Assembly: GCA_020630915.1 (NCBI GenBank)
Contig: JAHDIF010000010.1
Coordinates: 30,210 to 94,209 of the forward strand
Origin: Dokdonia sp.
GTDB lineage: Bacteria > Bacteroidota > Bacteroidia > Flavobacteriales > Flavobacteriaceae
Direction: 5' to 3'
Length of the DNA stretch: 64,000 nt
Part shown: piece by piece, positions 1 through 8,607 of the stretch
How the letters are laid out: each line of letters begins with the position of its first letter
Position numbering within the stretch: the stretch's first letter is position 1
Notes under the pieces: model-generated
What the model was told of the DNA's origin: nothing
Database searches by the model: none
Seen by the model: only the letters and a program-made list of their open reading frames with translations
Translations under genes and position numbers: made by a program

Positions 1-285
1 GAACGATGGGGAGCACCTTGTGTAGAAGAATATGATACCTATAAAGGCACAGAAGAGTTGATGGAGTACGCCGTTGGTGCCAGTGCAAAGTCTTATAATT
101 TTGATGATAATGGCGATGAGATTCAACTAGATTACCAGCGTCTTATGCAAATTGTAAACGATCATAAAACAGATCGTTTTAAGGGATATGTGGGCACTGA
201 GTATGAAGGACCATTAGAAGATCCTAAAGAAGGCGTGCGGTTAACAAAAACCTTAGTTCAAAAATCAATAGACAACCTTAAATAA
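1..285 (+). CDS. Sugar phosphate isomerase/epimerase (xylose-isomerase-like TIM barrel), C-terminal part; gene starts before the window
   Basis: Frame open from base 1 (ERWGAPC...EYAVGASAKSYNFD...YVGTEYEG); family-typical C-terminus and sugar-cluster context. Confidence 0.7.
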   Translation, partial: ERWGAPCVEEYDTYKGTEELMEYAVGASAKSYNFDDNGDEIQLDYQRLMQIVNDHKTDRFKGYVGTEYEGPLEDPKEGVRLTKTLVQKSIDNLK

Positions 286-291
286 TACTAT

Positions 292-1515
292 ATGAAATCT
301 ACTACAAAGTTTCAGCTATCCTTAATGATGTTCCTTGAATTTTTTATTTGGGGAGGTTGGTTTGTTACTCTAGGAACTTTCCTAGGAAATAATTTGAATG
401 CCGAAGGCGGCGAAATTGCACAAGCGTTCTCTACACAATCTTGGGGTGCTATTATTGCTCCTTTTATTATTGGTCTTATTGCCGACAGATATTTTAATGC
501 AGAACGCATATTGGGTGTGTTACACATAATTGGGGCAGGATTGATGTATCTCATGGCTCAGTCTACAGACTTTGGCACTTTTTACCCATACGTTCTGGGC
601 TATATGATTGCCTATATGCCTACGTTAGCTCTGGTAAACTCTGTTGCTTTTAATCAAATGAATGATCCATCTAAAGATTTTCCATTTATTAGAGTGTGGG
701 GGACTATAGGCTGGATTCTGGCAGGACTCCTAATAAGTTTTGCGTTCAAATGGGATTCTTTGGAAAATATCCAAAATGGTTTATTATCCAATACATTTTT
801 AATGACTGCAATAGCATCAGCTTTCTTAGGGATATTTAGTTTTACCCTTCCTAAAACACCACCTAGTGGTAAGGGCGAAAAGACAAGCGTGTCTGATATT
901 CTAGGCTTAGATGCCTTAAGCTTGTTAAAAGACAAGAATTTTCTTGTATTCTTTTTATCATCAGTGTTAATATGTATTCCTTTGGCATTCTACTATCAAA
1001 ACTTGAGTCCTTTCTTGACAGAATCTGGAGTAGAAAATTCAACAGCATGGGCATCAGCAGGTCAAATTTCTGAAGTAGTTTTTATGTTATTGTTACCATT
1101 TTTCTTTAAGAAATTTGGGTTTAAAAAGACAATACTAGTGGGAATGCTGGCCTGGGCACTACGATATGTGTTGTTTGCATACGGTAATGCAGGAGATGCT
1201 TTCTTTATGATTGTAACAGGAATTGTTCTACACGGTATCTGTTACGATTTCTTCTTTGTATCAGGTCAAATTTATACAGACAGCAAAGCTGGTGAAAAAG
1301 TAAAAAGTGCAGCTCAAGGCCTTATCACCCTTGCAACATACGGAGTAGGCATGCTTGTAGGTTTTTATGTTGCAGGAAAAATTACAGATGCAAACATAGT
1401 AGGAGAAGGTCACGATTGGAATGCAGTATGGGTATTTCCAGCGATTTTTGCCGCTGTAGTATTTGTGATTTTTGCTATTGCCTTTAAAAATGAAAAAATA
1501 GAATATAAAGAATAA
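292..1515 (+). CDS. Nucleoside:H+ symporter family MFS permease (NupG/XapB-like)
   Basis: 407 aa, about 12 hydrophobic segments, N-terminal MMFLEFFIWGGW and GLIADRYF motifs. Confidence 0.88.
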   Translation: MKSTTKFQLSLMMFLEFFIWGGWFVTLGTFLGNNLNAEGGEIAQAFSTQSWGAIIAPFIIGLIADRYFNAERILGVLHIIGAGLMYLMAQSTDFGTFYPYVLGYMIAYMPTLALVNSVAFNQMNDPSKDFPFIRVWGTIGWILAGLLISFAFKWDSLENIQNGLLSNTFLMTAIASAFLGIFSFTLPKTPPSGKGEKTSVSDILGLDALSLLKDKNFLVFFLSSVLICIPLAFYYQNLSPFLTESGVENSTAWASAGQISEVVFMLLLPFFFKKFGFKKTILVGMLAWALRYVLFAYGNAGDAFFMIVTGIVLHGICYDFFFVSGQIYTDSKAGEKVKSAAQGLITLATYGVGMLVGFYVAGKITDANIVGEGHDWNAVWVFPAIFAAVVFVIFAIAFKNEKIEYKE

Positions 1516-1516
1516 T

Positions 1517-2650
1517 ATGAGCAATAAAATTAGATGGGGCGTCCTTGGTGGCGGTGGCGATAGTTTAATAGGCGTGTTGCACCGTGTGGCTGCGAGTATG
1601 TTTGACGCTTACCAGCTTACAGGGGCCGTTTTTAACCCGGATTTTGAGGAGAATATTGCTTTCGCGAAAGCAATAGGAATCCCCACCAATCGTATTTATA
1701 AAGATTTTGATACGATGGTCGCAGAAGAGTTAAAGCTACCAGCAGAAGAGCGTATTCAGGTGTTTTCTGTCTTGACGCCTAACTTCTTACATTTCCCAAT
1801 GGCAAAGAAGTTGTTAGAATCAGGCTTTCACGTGATCTGTGAGAAACCTATGACGATGACGCACGCCGAAGCCTTGGAGCTAGAAGCGATACATCAGCAA
1901 AAAGGAGTGCATTTTGCCCTCACGCATACCTATACAGGTTACCCAATGGTACGTCAGATGAAAGCAATGATTGCAGCCGGAGAACTAGGCGAAATACAAA
2001 AGATAGATGCCCAATATTATCAAGGTTGGATTAACCCCATTATACACGACCCAGCGCAACGCTCTAGTACGTGGCGGTTAGATCCTAGCAAATCTGGAAT
2101 AAGCTGTTGTATGGGAGATATAGGAGTACATGCGTACCAGATGCTCGAGTATGTAACTGGGATGGATATCAAAGCGATTCTTGCAGACTTAAATCATCTG
2201 TATGATGATAACCAGATGGATATAGATGGTACCGTTTTATTACGTCTAGGTGCCAATGCTAAAGGCGTTTTGCGGGCTAGCCAGATAGCCACAGGAGAAG
2301 AAAATAATTTTACTGTAGCTATTTATGGAAAGAAAGCGAGTCTAAAATGGGAACAAGAGAACCCCAACTATTTGTATTTACTAGAAGATGGACATCCCGT
2401 ACGCACACTAAAACCTGGACATCAGTATAATAATGCAATATCACTTGACGGCACAAAACTTCCTCCAGGACATCCAGAAGGAATTTTTGATGCGATGGGT
2501 AATATTTATAAGGGAATGGCAAAGGCCGTGCGCGGTCAAGATCACGACCCTATGGAATTCCCGAGTATGCGAGATGGTGTGCGTGGCATGAGCTTTATCG
2601 AGAAGGCCGTGCAGTCGCATAGGGATGGGAATGTGTGGGTTGAATTATAA
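1517..2650 (+). CDS. Gfo/Idh/MocA family oxidoreductase
   Basis: Rossmann-like GVLGGGG start, HVICEKP motif, GDIGVH. Confidence 0.92.
   Translation: MSNKIRWGVLGGGGDSLIGVLHRVAASMFDAYQLTGAVFNPDFEENIAFAKAIGIPTNRIYKDFDTMVAEELKLPAEERIQVFSVLTPNFLHFPMAKKLLESGFHVICEKPMTMTHAEALELEAIHQQKGVHFALTHTYTGYPMVRQMKAMIAAGELGEIQKIDAQYYQGWINPIIHDPAQRSSTWRLDPSKSGISCCMGDIGVHAYQMLEYVTGMDIKAILADLNHLYDDNQMDIDGTVLLRLGANAKGVLRASQIATGEENNFTVAIYGKKASLKWEQENPNYLYLLEDGHPVRTLKPGHQYNNAISLDGTKLPPGHPEGIFDAMGNIYKGMAKAVRGQDHDPMEFPSMRDGVRGMSFIEKAVQSHRDGNVWVEL
1658..1671. repeat. Iterated palindrome GCTTTCGCGAAAGC, coding copy (AFAKA); extends to a 22-bp perfect palindrome at 1654-1675
   Basis: tattgctttcgcgaaagcaata read directly. 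Confidence 0.95.
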
Positions 2651-2687
2651 CATCTGCAAAGGCAGATGTCTTGTAAAAGCTATATAA

Positions 2688-2701
2688 GCTTTCGCGAAAG
2701 C
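2688..2701. repeat. Iterated palindrome, intergenic; extends to 20 bp (2685-2704)
   Basis: taagctttcgcgaaagctta. Confidence 0.95.
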
Positions 2702-2735
2702 TTAAATGAATAATAATCGTAACGAGTGGGCGGAT

Positions 2736-2761
2736 GAGATTTCCGCTTTCGCGGAAATGAT
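2736..2761 (-). repeat. REP-like hairpin (minus strand ATCATTTCCGCGAAAGCGGAAATCTC)
   Basis: Stem atttccgc/gcggaaat with tttc loop; same architecture as 9218-9243. Confidence 0.7.
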
Positions 2762-2809
2762 AAAGAATTAGAAACTATAAAAAGATCTCCGCCTATGCGG
2801 AGAATTAAT

Positions 2810-3862
2810 ATGAAAACAATAAAAGGACCAGCCGTTTTTCTTGCCCAGTTTATGGATGATAAGGCACCATTTAACTCATTAGACGGATTGTGCAAATGGG
2901 CATCAGATTTAGGGTACAAAGGCATACAAATCCCAACCTGGGAAACACGATTAATAGACTTAACTACTGCAGGTGAGAGCAAGACCTATTGCGACGAGCT
3001 TAAAGGAAAGATCAATAGTTACGGTCTTGAAATTACAGAACTGTCTACACACTTGCAGGGTCAACTGGTTGCTGTGCATCCTGCCTATGACTTGATGTTT
3101 GATAATTTTGCCCCAGATGACTGCAAGAATAATCCTAAAAAAAGAACAGAATGGGCTCGCCAGCAAGTGATAAGTGCGGCTCATGCAAGTAAGCATTTAG
3201 GATTGAGTGCAAGTGCCACTTTTAGTGGCTCCCTATTATGGCATACGATGCATCCTTGGCCGCAACGTCCTGATGGATTGGTAGAAATGGGTTTTGAAGA
3301 GCTGGCAAGCCGTTGGAAACCTTTATTAGATATTTATGATGAGTGTGGAGTAGATGTAGCCTATGAGATTCATCCTGGAGAAGATTTACATGATGGTGTG
3401 ACTTTTGAGCGTTTTCTGGAAGCTACGGGCAATCACAAACGTTGTAATATCTTGTATGACCCCAGTCATTTTGTGTTGCAACAGCTAGACTATCTTACCT
3501 ATATTGATCACTATCATGAGTTTATCAAGGCTTTTCACGTGAAGGATTCTGAGTTTAAGCCAGATGGGAAAAGAGGCGCTTTTGGAGGCTATAGTGATTG
3601 GAAAGACAGAGCAGGAAGATATCGCTCACCAGGAGATGGCCAAGTAGATTTTAAAACGATATTTACAAAGCTTACAGAATATGGTTGCGATGTATGGGCC
3701 GTAATGGAGTGGGAATGTTGTGTAAAAAGTCCAGAGCAAGGCGCTAGAGAAGGATCGCAATTTATTACAAACCATATCATTGAGGCCACTCAAAAACGCT
3801 TTGACGATTTTGCAGGGCAAGAAATAGATAAAGAGAAGTTGAAGAAAATTTTAGGATTATAA
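2810..3862 (+). CDS. Sugar phosphate isomerase/epimerase (AP endonuclease 2 / IolE-like TIM barrel)
   Basis: YEIHPGED, NILYDPSH, FHVKD and VMEWE metal-binding motifs; start moved to MKTIKGP at 2810. Confidence 0.9.
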   Translation: MKTIKGPAVFLAQFMDDKAPFNSLDGLCKWASDLGYKGIQIPTWETRLIDLTTAGESKTYCDELKGKINSYGLEITELSTHLQGQLVAVHPAYDLMFDNFAPDDCKNNPKKRTEWARQQVISAAHASKHLGLSASATFSGSLLWHTMHPWPQRPDGLVEMGFEELASRWKPLLDIYDECGVDVAYEIHPGEDLHDGVTFERFLEATGNHKRCNILYDPSHFVLQQLDYLTYIDHYHEFIKAFHVKDSEFKPDGKRGAFGGYSDWKDRAGRYRSPGDGQVDFKTIFTKLTEYGCDVWAVMEWECCVKSPEQGAREGSQFITNHIIEATQKRFDDFAGQEIDKEKLKKILGL

Positions 3863-3864
3863 TT

Positions 3865-4611
3865 ATGAAAAAACTAGCCACATTAGCACTCGCAGTAATC
3901 ACACTTACTGCGTGCAAAGAAAACACTCAGACCAAAGAAGAATCAATGGTTACAGAAAACACAACAGCGGCACAAAGCCCTCAAGAAAGCGATTGGGAAG
4001 TACTTTTTGACGGTACTAATTTTGATCAATGGAGAGGTTATGGCACAGAAGAGATGTACTCAGAATGGAGCCTAGATGGCGATGCCATGAAATTTACTCC
4101 AGGAAAAGAAGGAGGAAAAAACATCATCTCTAAAGGCACGTATGAGAACTTCGTACTTTCCTTGGAGTGGAAAATATCTGAGGGCGGTAATAGTGGTATT
4201 TTCTGGAGTGTACACGAGTCACCAGAATTTAAAGAGGCGTATGAGACTGGCCCAGAAATACAAGTGCTAGATGATGCAAAACATCCAGACTCTTTTGTAG
4301 GAGATGGATTGCATAAAGCAGGGTCATTGTATGATATGATCGTACGTCCTGATGGGCTAATTAAGCCTGCTGGAGAATGGAACAAGGTAGAACTAGAGGT
4401 AAACCATAAGACCAACTTGGCTAAGCTTAAACTTAATGATAAAGATGCATTTACATTTCCTGTACACGGAGAAAAATGGGATGCGATGGTAGAAAACTCT
4501 AAGTTTAAAGGTTGGGAAGGTTTTGGTAAGTTTAGAAATGGGCATATTGGTCTTCAAGATCATGGGGATATCGTATGGTACCGCAATATTAAGATCAAAA
4601 AGCTAGACTAA
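3865..4611 (+). CDS. DUF1080 (3-keto-disaccharide hydrolase family) lipoprotein
   Basis: Lipobox LTAC; LFDGTNFDQW, GNSGIF, EIQVLD, GEWN and GHIGLQDHG motifs. Confidence 0.9.
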   Translation: MKKLATLALAVITLTACKENTQTKEESMVTENTTAAQSPQESDWEVLFDGTNFDQWRGYGTEEMYSEWSLDGDAMKFTPGKEGGKNIISKGTYENFVLSLEWKISEGGNSGIFWSVHESPEFKEAYETGPEIQVLDDAKHPDSFVGDGLHKAGSLYDMIVRPDGLIKPAGEWNKVELEVNHKTNLAKLKLNDKDAFTFPVHGEKWDAMVENSKFKGWEGFGKFRNGHIGLQDHGDIVWYRNIKIKKLD

Positions 4612-4615
4612 TATC

Positions 4616-4996
4616 GTGTTGCTAGATATCACGAGCCAGTTTCAATTAGATGGAGAGCTTGTTGTTGCAATCTTATTTGATTGTGTTTTGATGCTAGGGC
4701 TGAGTTGGTACTATAAAAAGTACCCACCTAAGGAAATCAATGAAATTTACGGTTTTCGTACGCGACGTACGATGGCTAATCAGGATATTTGGGATGCAGC
4801 AAATAGGCGCAATGCTCAGGATCTCTGGAAGTTTGCTATCTACCTTACTGTTTTTAGTATCGCCCTTATTGTGTTACATGTACCCTATGCATTTTTCCTT
4901 CATATGGGGGCGTTGCTCATAGGGCTGGCTATTGCAATATATGCCTCTATTCAGTATTTGGATAGACATTTTGACAAAAAAGGAAATAGAAAATAA
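4616..4996 (+). CDS. SdpI/YhfL family membrane protein
   Basis: YPPKEINEIYGFRT...W..AN motif between hydrophobic helices; GTG start uncertain. Confidence 0.75.
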   Translation: MLLDITSQFQLDGELVVAILFDCVLMLGLSWYYKKYPPKEINEIYGFRTRRTMANQDIWDAANRRNAQDLWKFAIYLTVFSIALIVLHVPYAFFLHMGALLIGLAIAIYASIQYLDRHFDKKGNRK

Positions 4997-5331
4997 TGGA
5001 AACCACCCATATTATTACGAGCCTCGCACCAGCCATTATGTTATTTTTAATGGCGATGATTGTTAAGTTTTTCCCACCTACGAGAAACAATAATGCACTT
5101 ATCATAAAGGCACCAGAATGGTGGGCTCGTGACCAGAAAACTTGGGATCGTGCACATAGTATGCTAGCAAAACGATACATGGTATTTAGCCTCGTACTGG
5201 CATTATTATGTGCTGTACTACTATTTCTTAAAGTATCTTACGGAGCGACTCTAGGTTACGCACTTCTTGCCGTACTTTTTGTGCTGGCAAATGTTCAAAT
5301 ACGCAAGTATATGAACTCAAATATCAAGTAG
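4996..5331 (+). CDS. SdpI-like membrane protein (divergent tandem paralog)
   Basis: Same topology; FPP..NN...W..AH echoes the upstream gene; 1-nt overlap. Confidence 0.6.
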   Translation: METTHIITSLAPAIMLFLMAMIVKFFPPTRNNNALIIKAPEWWARDQKTWDRAHSMLAKRYMVFSLVLALLCAVLLFLKVSYGATLGYALLAVLFVLANVQIRKYMNSNIK

Positions 5332-5394
5332 AGAAGCCGTTGTTGTAGCTTATTATCTTATAACCTTCCTGCGAGTCGCGAATTTTAGAATTTT

Positions 5395-5408
5395 GCTTTC
5401 GCGAAAGC
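5395..5408. repeat. Iterated palindrome, intergenic
   Basis: Exact GCTTTCGCGAAAGC. Confidence 0.95.
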
Positions 5409-5470
5409 GCATATACCCGTAACAAAACAGGGAGTAGGCTTCTTTTCATTTATATCTCTATTCTCATTCG

Positions 5471-5478
5471 TATCTTTG
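5471..5478 (+). promoter_or_regulatory. Bacteroidota -7 promoter element (TAnnTTTG) 4 nt before the yicC ATG
   Basis: TATCTTTG-TCCT-ATG. Confidence 0.6.
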
Positions 5479-5482
5479 TCCT

Positions 5483-6346
5483 ATGATAAAATCCATGACA
5501 GGTTTTGGGAAAAGTGTGATCCAACTTCCCGGAAAGAAAATTACCATAGAAATCAAGTCGCTTAACAGCAAGAACCTAGATCTTAATGCGCGCATACCTT
5601 CTACATATAGAGAAAAGGAGTTGCATATAAGAAACTTAGTTGCCAAATCACTAGAGCGCGGAAAAGTAGATGTAGGATTGTACGTAGAAAGTACCGGACA
5701 AGCTACTAATACAAAAGTAAACGAAGGTGTAGTAAAAGAATATATGCGACAGCTAGAGGCAATTGCTCCTGGTGCTGTAGGATTTGACGATCAACTTAAA
5801 ATGGCAGTACGTTTGCCAGATGCCCTTAAGGTAGAACGAGAAGAGCTCGATGAAAATGAGTACACTGCGATATTGGACAACTTGAAAACCGCTTTAAGCG
5901 AAATAAATACCTATCGTGCAGATGAGGGAGCTTCATTAAAAGCAGAGTTTGAGTTACGTATAAGTAACCTACAGAGATTACTGGATGAGGTAATTGCTAT
6001 GGATGTAGATAGACTAGATAGTGTAAAGGTTCGTCTAGAAAAGGCAGTAGCAGACCTTAAAGTAGAGCTAGACGAAAACCGTTTTGAACAAGAACTTATT
6101 TATTATTTAGAAAAATACGATATCACAGAAGAGAAGGTGCGTCTCAAAAATCATCTAGATTACTTTACAGAAGCTTTGAATTCTGATGATTCTAACGGAA
6201 AGAAGCTTGGCTTTATAGGTCAAGAAATAGGACGTGAGATTAATACCATAGGCTCTAAATCTAATTATGCGCCGATGCAACAGTTAGTAGTGCAGATGAA
6301 AGATGAGTTAGAGAAGGTTAAAGAACAAGTTTTAAATGTGCTCTAA
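5483..6346 (+). CDS. yicC: YicC/YloC family endoribonuclease
   Basis: MIKSMTGFG start, EIKSLNSK, GKKLGFIGQEIGREINTIGSK; typical yicC-gmk synteny. Confidence 0.93.
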   Translation: MIKSMTGFGKSVIQLPGKKITIEIKSLNSKNLDLNARIPSTYREKELHIRNLVAKSLERGKVDVGLYVESTGQATNTKVNEGVVKEYMRQLEAIAPGAVGFDDQLKMAVRLPDALKVEREELDENEYTAILDNLKTALSEINTYRADEGASLKAEFELRISNLQRLLDEVIAMDVDRLDSVKVRLEKAVADLKVELDENRFEQELIYYLEKYDITEEKVRLKNHLDYFTEALNSDDSNGKKLGFIGQEIGREINTIGSKSNYAPMQQLVVQMKDELEKVKEQVLNVL

Positions 6347-6348
6347 TT

Positions 6349-6966
6349 GTGACTAAGGTAAACGAACACTCTGGGAAACTCATCGTATTTTCTGCACCCT
6401 CTGGAAGCGGAAAAACAACGATCGTAAGGCATTTACTCGCTCAGGAATACCTAAATCTGGAGTTTAGTATAAGTGCCACTAGCAGAGCACCTAGAGGAGA
6501 AGAACAGGATGGAGCAGATTATTATTTTATCTCCTTAAAGAAATTTAAACAGTATATAAAAGACGAAGATTTTCTAGAATGGGAAGAAGTTTACCGTGAT
6601 AATTTTTATGGGACCCTCAAGAAAGAAGTACATCGTATATGGGCCATGGGCAAACACGTGATATTTGATATTGATGTAGTAGGCGGGTTACGTATCAAAA
6701 AGAAATTTCCAGAGCGGACACTTGCTGTTTTTGTAAAACCACCTAGTGTAGATGAGCTTAAAATACGCCTTAAGAAGCGCAGTACTGAAAGTGAAGAGAA
6801 AATCAATATGCGTATTGCAAAAGCTTCTGTAGAGCTAGCGACGGCGCCACAGTTTGACCATATCATTCTTAATGATGATCTTGATAAAGCGCTTAAAGAA
6901 GCCAGAGGTTTGGTAAAAGAATTTATAGCAAAACCTTTACCAAGAGACGAAGAAGAGGAAGAGTGA
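6349..6966 (+). CDS. gmk: Guanylate kinase
   Basis: P-loop SAPSGSGKTT, SATSRAPRGEE, FDIDVVGG; GTG start. Confidence 0.96.
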   Translation: MTKVNEHSGKLIVFSAPSGSGKTTIVRHLLAQEYLNLEFSISATSRAPRGEEQDGADYYFISLKKFKQYIKDEDFLEWEEVYRDNFYGTLKKEVHRIWAMGKHVIFDIDVVGGLRIKKKFPERTLAVFVKPPSVDELKIRLKKRSTESEEKINMRIAKASVELATAPQFDHIILNDDLDKALKEARGLVKEFIAKPLPRDEEEEE

Positions 6967-7081
6967 ATGAGTGGAGAATGTCTATTGGACATTTTTGATT
7001 TTTGATTGAAAAAAGACTAGTTAAAGCATATTAAATAAACTGGATTGGGCTCAACCCTAATCCCTAATCTCTTATCCTTAA

Positions 7082-7660
7082 TTGAAAATAGGACTATACT
7101 TCGGAACATTTAACCCCATTCATGTAGGGCATCTCGCTATTGCAAATCATATGGCAGAGTACAGTGACCTAGACAAAATTTGGATGGTGATTACTCCGCA
7201 TAATCCTTTTAAGAAAAAGAGTAGTTTGCTAGCCAATCACCACCGCTATAGAATGGTAGATATAGCCCTAGAACCTTACGACAAGATTGAGCCTAGTAAG
7301 ATAGAATTTGATTTACCACAACCTAATTACACGGTTAATACTCTGGCTGTGTTAGAAGAGAAATATCCAGATTACGAGTTCTGTTTGATTATGGGAGAGG
7401 ATAATCTCAAAAGCCTCCATAAGTGGAAGAATTATGAAGTGATTTTAGAAAGGCACGATATTTATGTATACCCTCGTATTTCTGAAGGAGCTGTAGAAAA
7501 CCAGTTTAAAGATCATCCTAAAATTCACAAGGTAGCTGCCCCTATTATGGAGCTGTCATCTACAGCGATAAGAAAAGGGATTGTGGCAGGAAAGAATATA
7601 CGACCGTTACTTCCAGAAGGTGTTTGGAAAGAAGTAGATGAAATGAGATTTTATAAATAA
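7082..7660 (+). CDS. nadD: Nicotinate-nucleotide adenylyltransferase
   Basis: YFGTFNPIHVGH (HxGH), IMGEDN, SSTAIR; TTG start. Confidence 0.96.
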   Translation: MKIGLYFGTFNPIHVGHLAIANHMAEYSDLDKIWMVITPHNPFKKKSSLLANHHRYRMVDIALEPYDKIEPSKIEFDLPQPNYTVNTLAVLEEKYPDYEFCLIMGEDNLKSLHKWKNYEVILERHDIYVYPRISEGAVENQFKDHPKIHKVAAPIMELSSTAIRKGIVAGKNIRPLLPEGVWKEVDEMRFYK

Positions 7661-7696
7661 AAAAGTTCTCTGCAGTTACCTACAGAGAACTTTTTT
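7661..7696. terminator. Probable bidirectional intrinsic terminator between convergent genes
   Basis: aaaagttctctg / cagagaactttt 12-bp stem with A/T tails. Confidence 0.75.
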
Positions 7697-7715
7697 AATA
7701 TGCTTGAGTATTTAT

Positions 7716-8306
7716 TTAGAGCTCACCTTCTGTGTTTTCACAATCTGATAGTAAGGCTTCAACATACATAGCCCAGTTATTACCTTCAAAATTAATACCT
7801 TCTGCCCAAGCCGTCTCACCTCCTGTAGGACCAGAAACTTCTGCGTGAGCGGCAAAGCAATAATTGTCGTCTAAAACAGATGCATCAAGGATATAAACAA
7901 CACTTACAGTGCCATTATCATTTTCAGTAGAATGTTCAAAATGACCTACTTTAGGGTTACCACCACCATTAGTTGGAATTGATTGTTCATCACAATTGCC
8001 TATGCTTAAGTGAGTGGCATGGATGGTCCAATCACTATTGGTCGTATATGTAATAACAAGATCGTCTCCGTCTAATTGAACGTTAACGGTGCCAGCAATA
8101 TAATTTTGACCAGCAATGAGATTTGTTTCTGTGCAGAATGTGATAACATTTCTAGCTGAGTTGAGGTTTACATCCTTTTCAGAATATTGAAAGGTTCTAA
8201 AGTTAGCGTCAAGATTAAAAGGATCTTCCTGGTTTACATCTTCAATACTACAACTAAGTGTCGTTAATAGTAACAAATAAATTAAATAAGGTGTAATGAT
8301 TTTCAT
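7716..8306 (-). CDS. Hypothetical lipoprotein
   Basis: 196 aa ORF with signal peptide and lipobox TLSC. Confidence 0.75.
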   Translation of the reverse strand: MKIITPYLIYLLLLTTLSCSIEDVNQEDPFNLDANFRTFQYSEKDVNLNSARNVITFCTETNLIAGQNYIAGTVNVQLDGDDLVITYTTNSDWTIHATHLSIGNCDEQSIPTNGGGNPKVGHFEHSTENDNGTVSVVYILDASVLDDNYCFAAHAEVSGPTGGETAWAEGINFEGNNWAMYVEALLSDCENTEGEL

Positions 8307-8501
8307 AATATAAAATTTGGGGGTTATTTTATAAATGTATCACAAAACACTTTTAAATACATATTTATTCGTTGTAATACACAAAATATTAACAATCAAC
8401 AATACATATGTTAAAAATTTGTGTATTTGATAGATTTTCGCAGAGGAAAAGATGTGGTAAGAGATACTACTCACCCAATAGTTGTGTGGGGAATAAAAAA
8501 T

Positions 8502-8543
8502 AAACGTGTATGAAAAAGTCGCTAAATTTTTTCATACACGTTT
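8502..8543. terminator. Probable intrinsic terminator downstream of the LysM gene
   Basis: 16-bp stem aaacgtgtatgaaaaa / tttttcatacacgttt. Confidence 0.65.
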
Positions 8544-8607
8544 TAGATAAGGAGAATCATAGCTGTTGAATGATTCTATTCCTTTTGTAGGTTTAGGATA
8601 ACTTATC

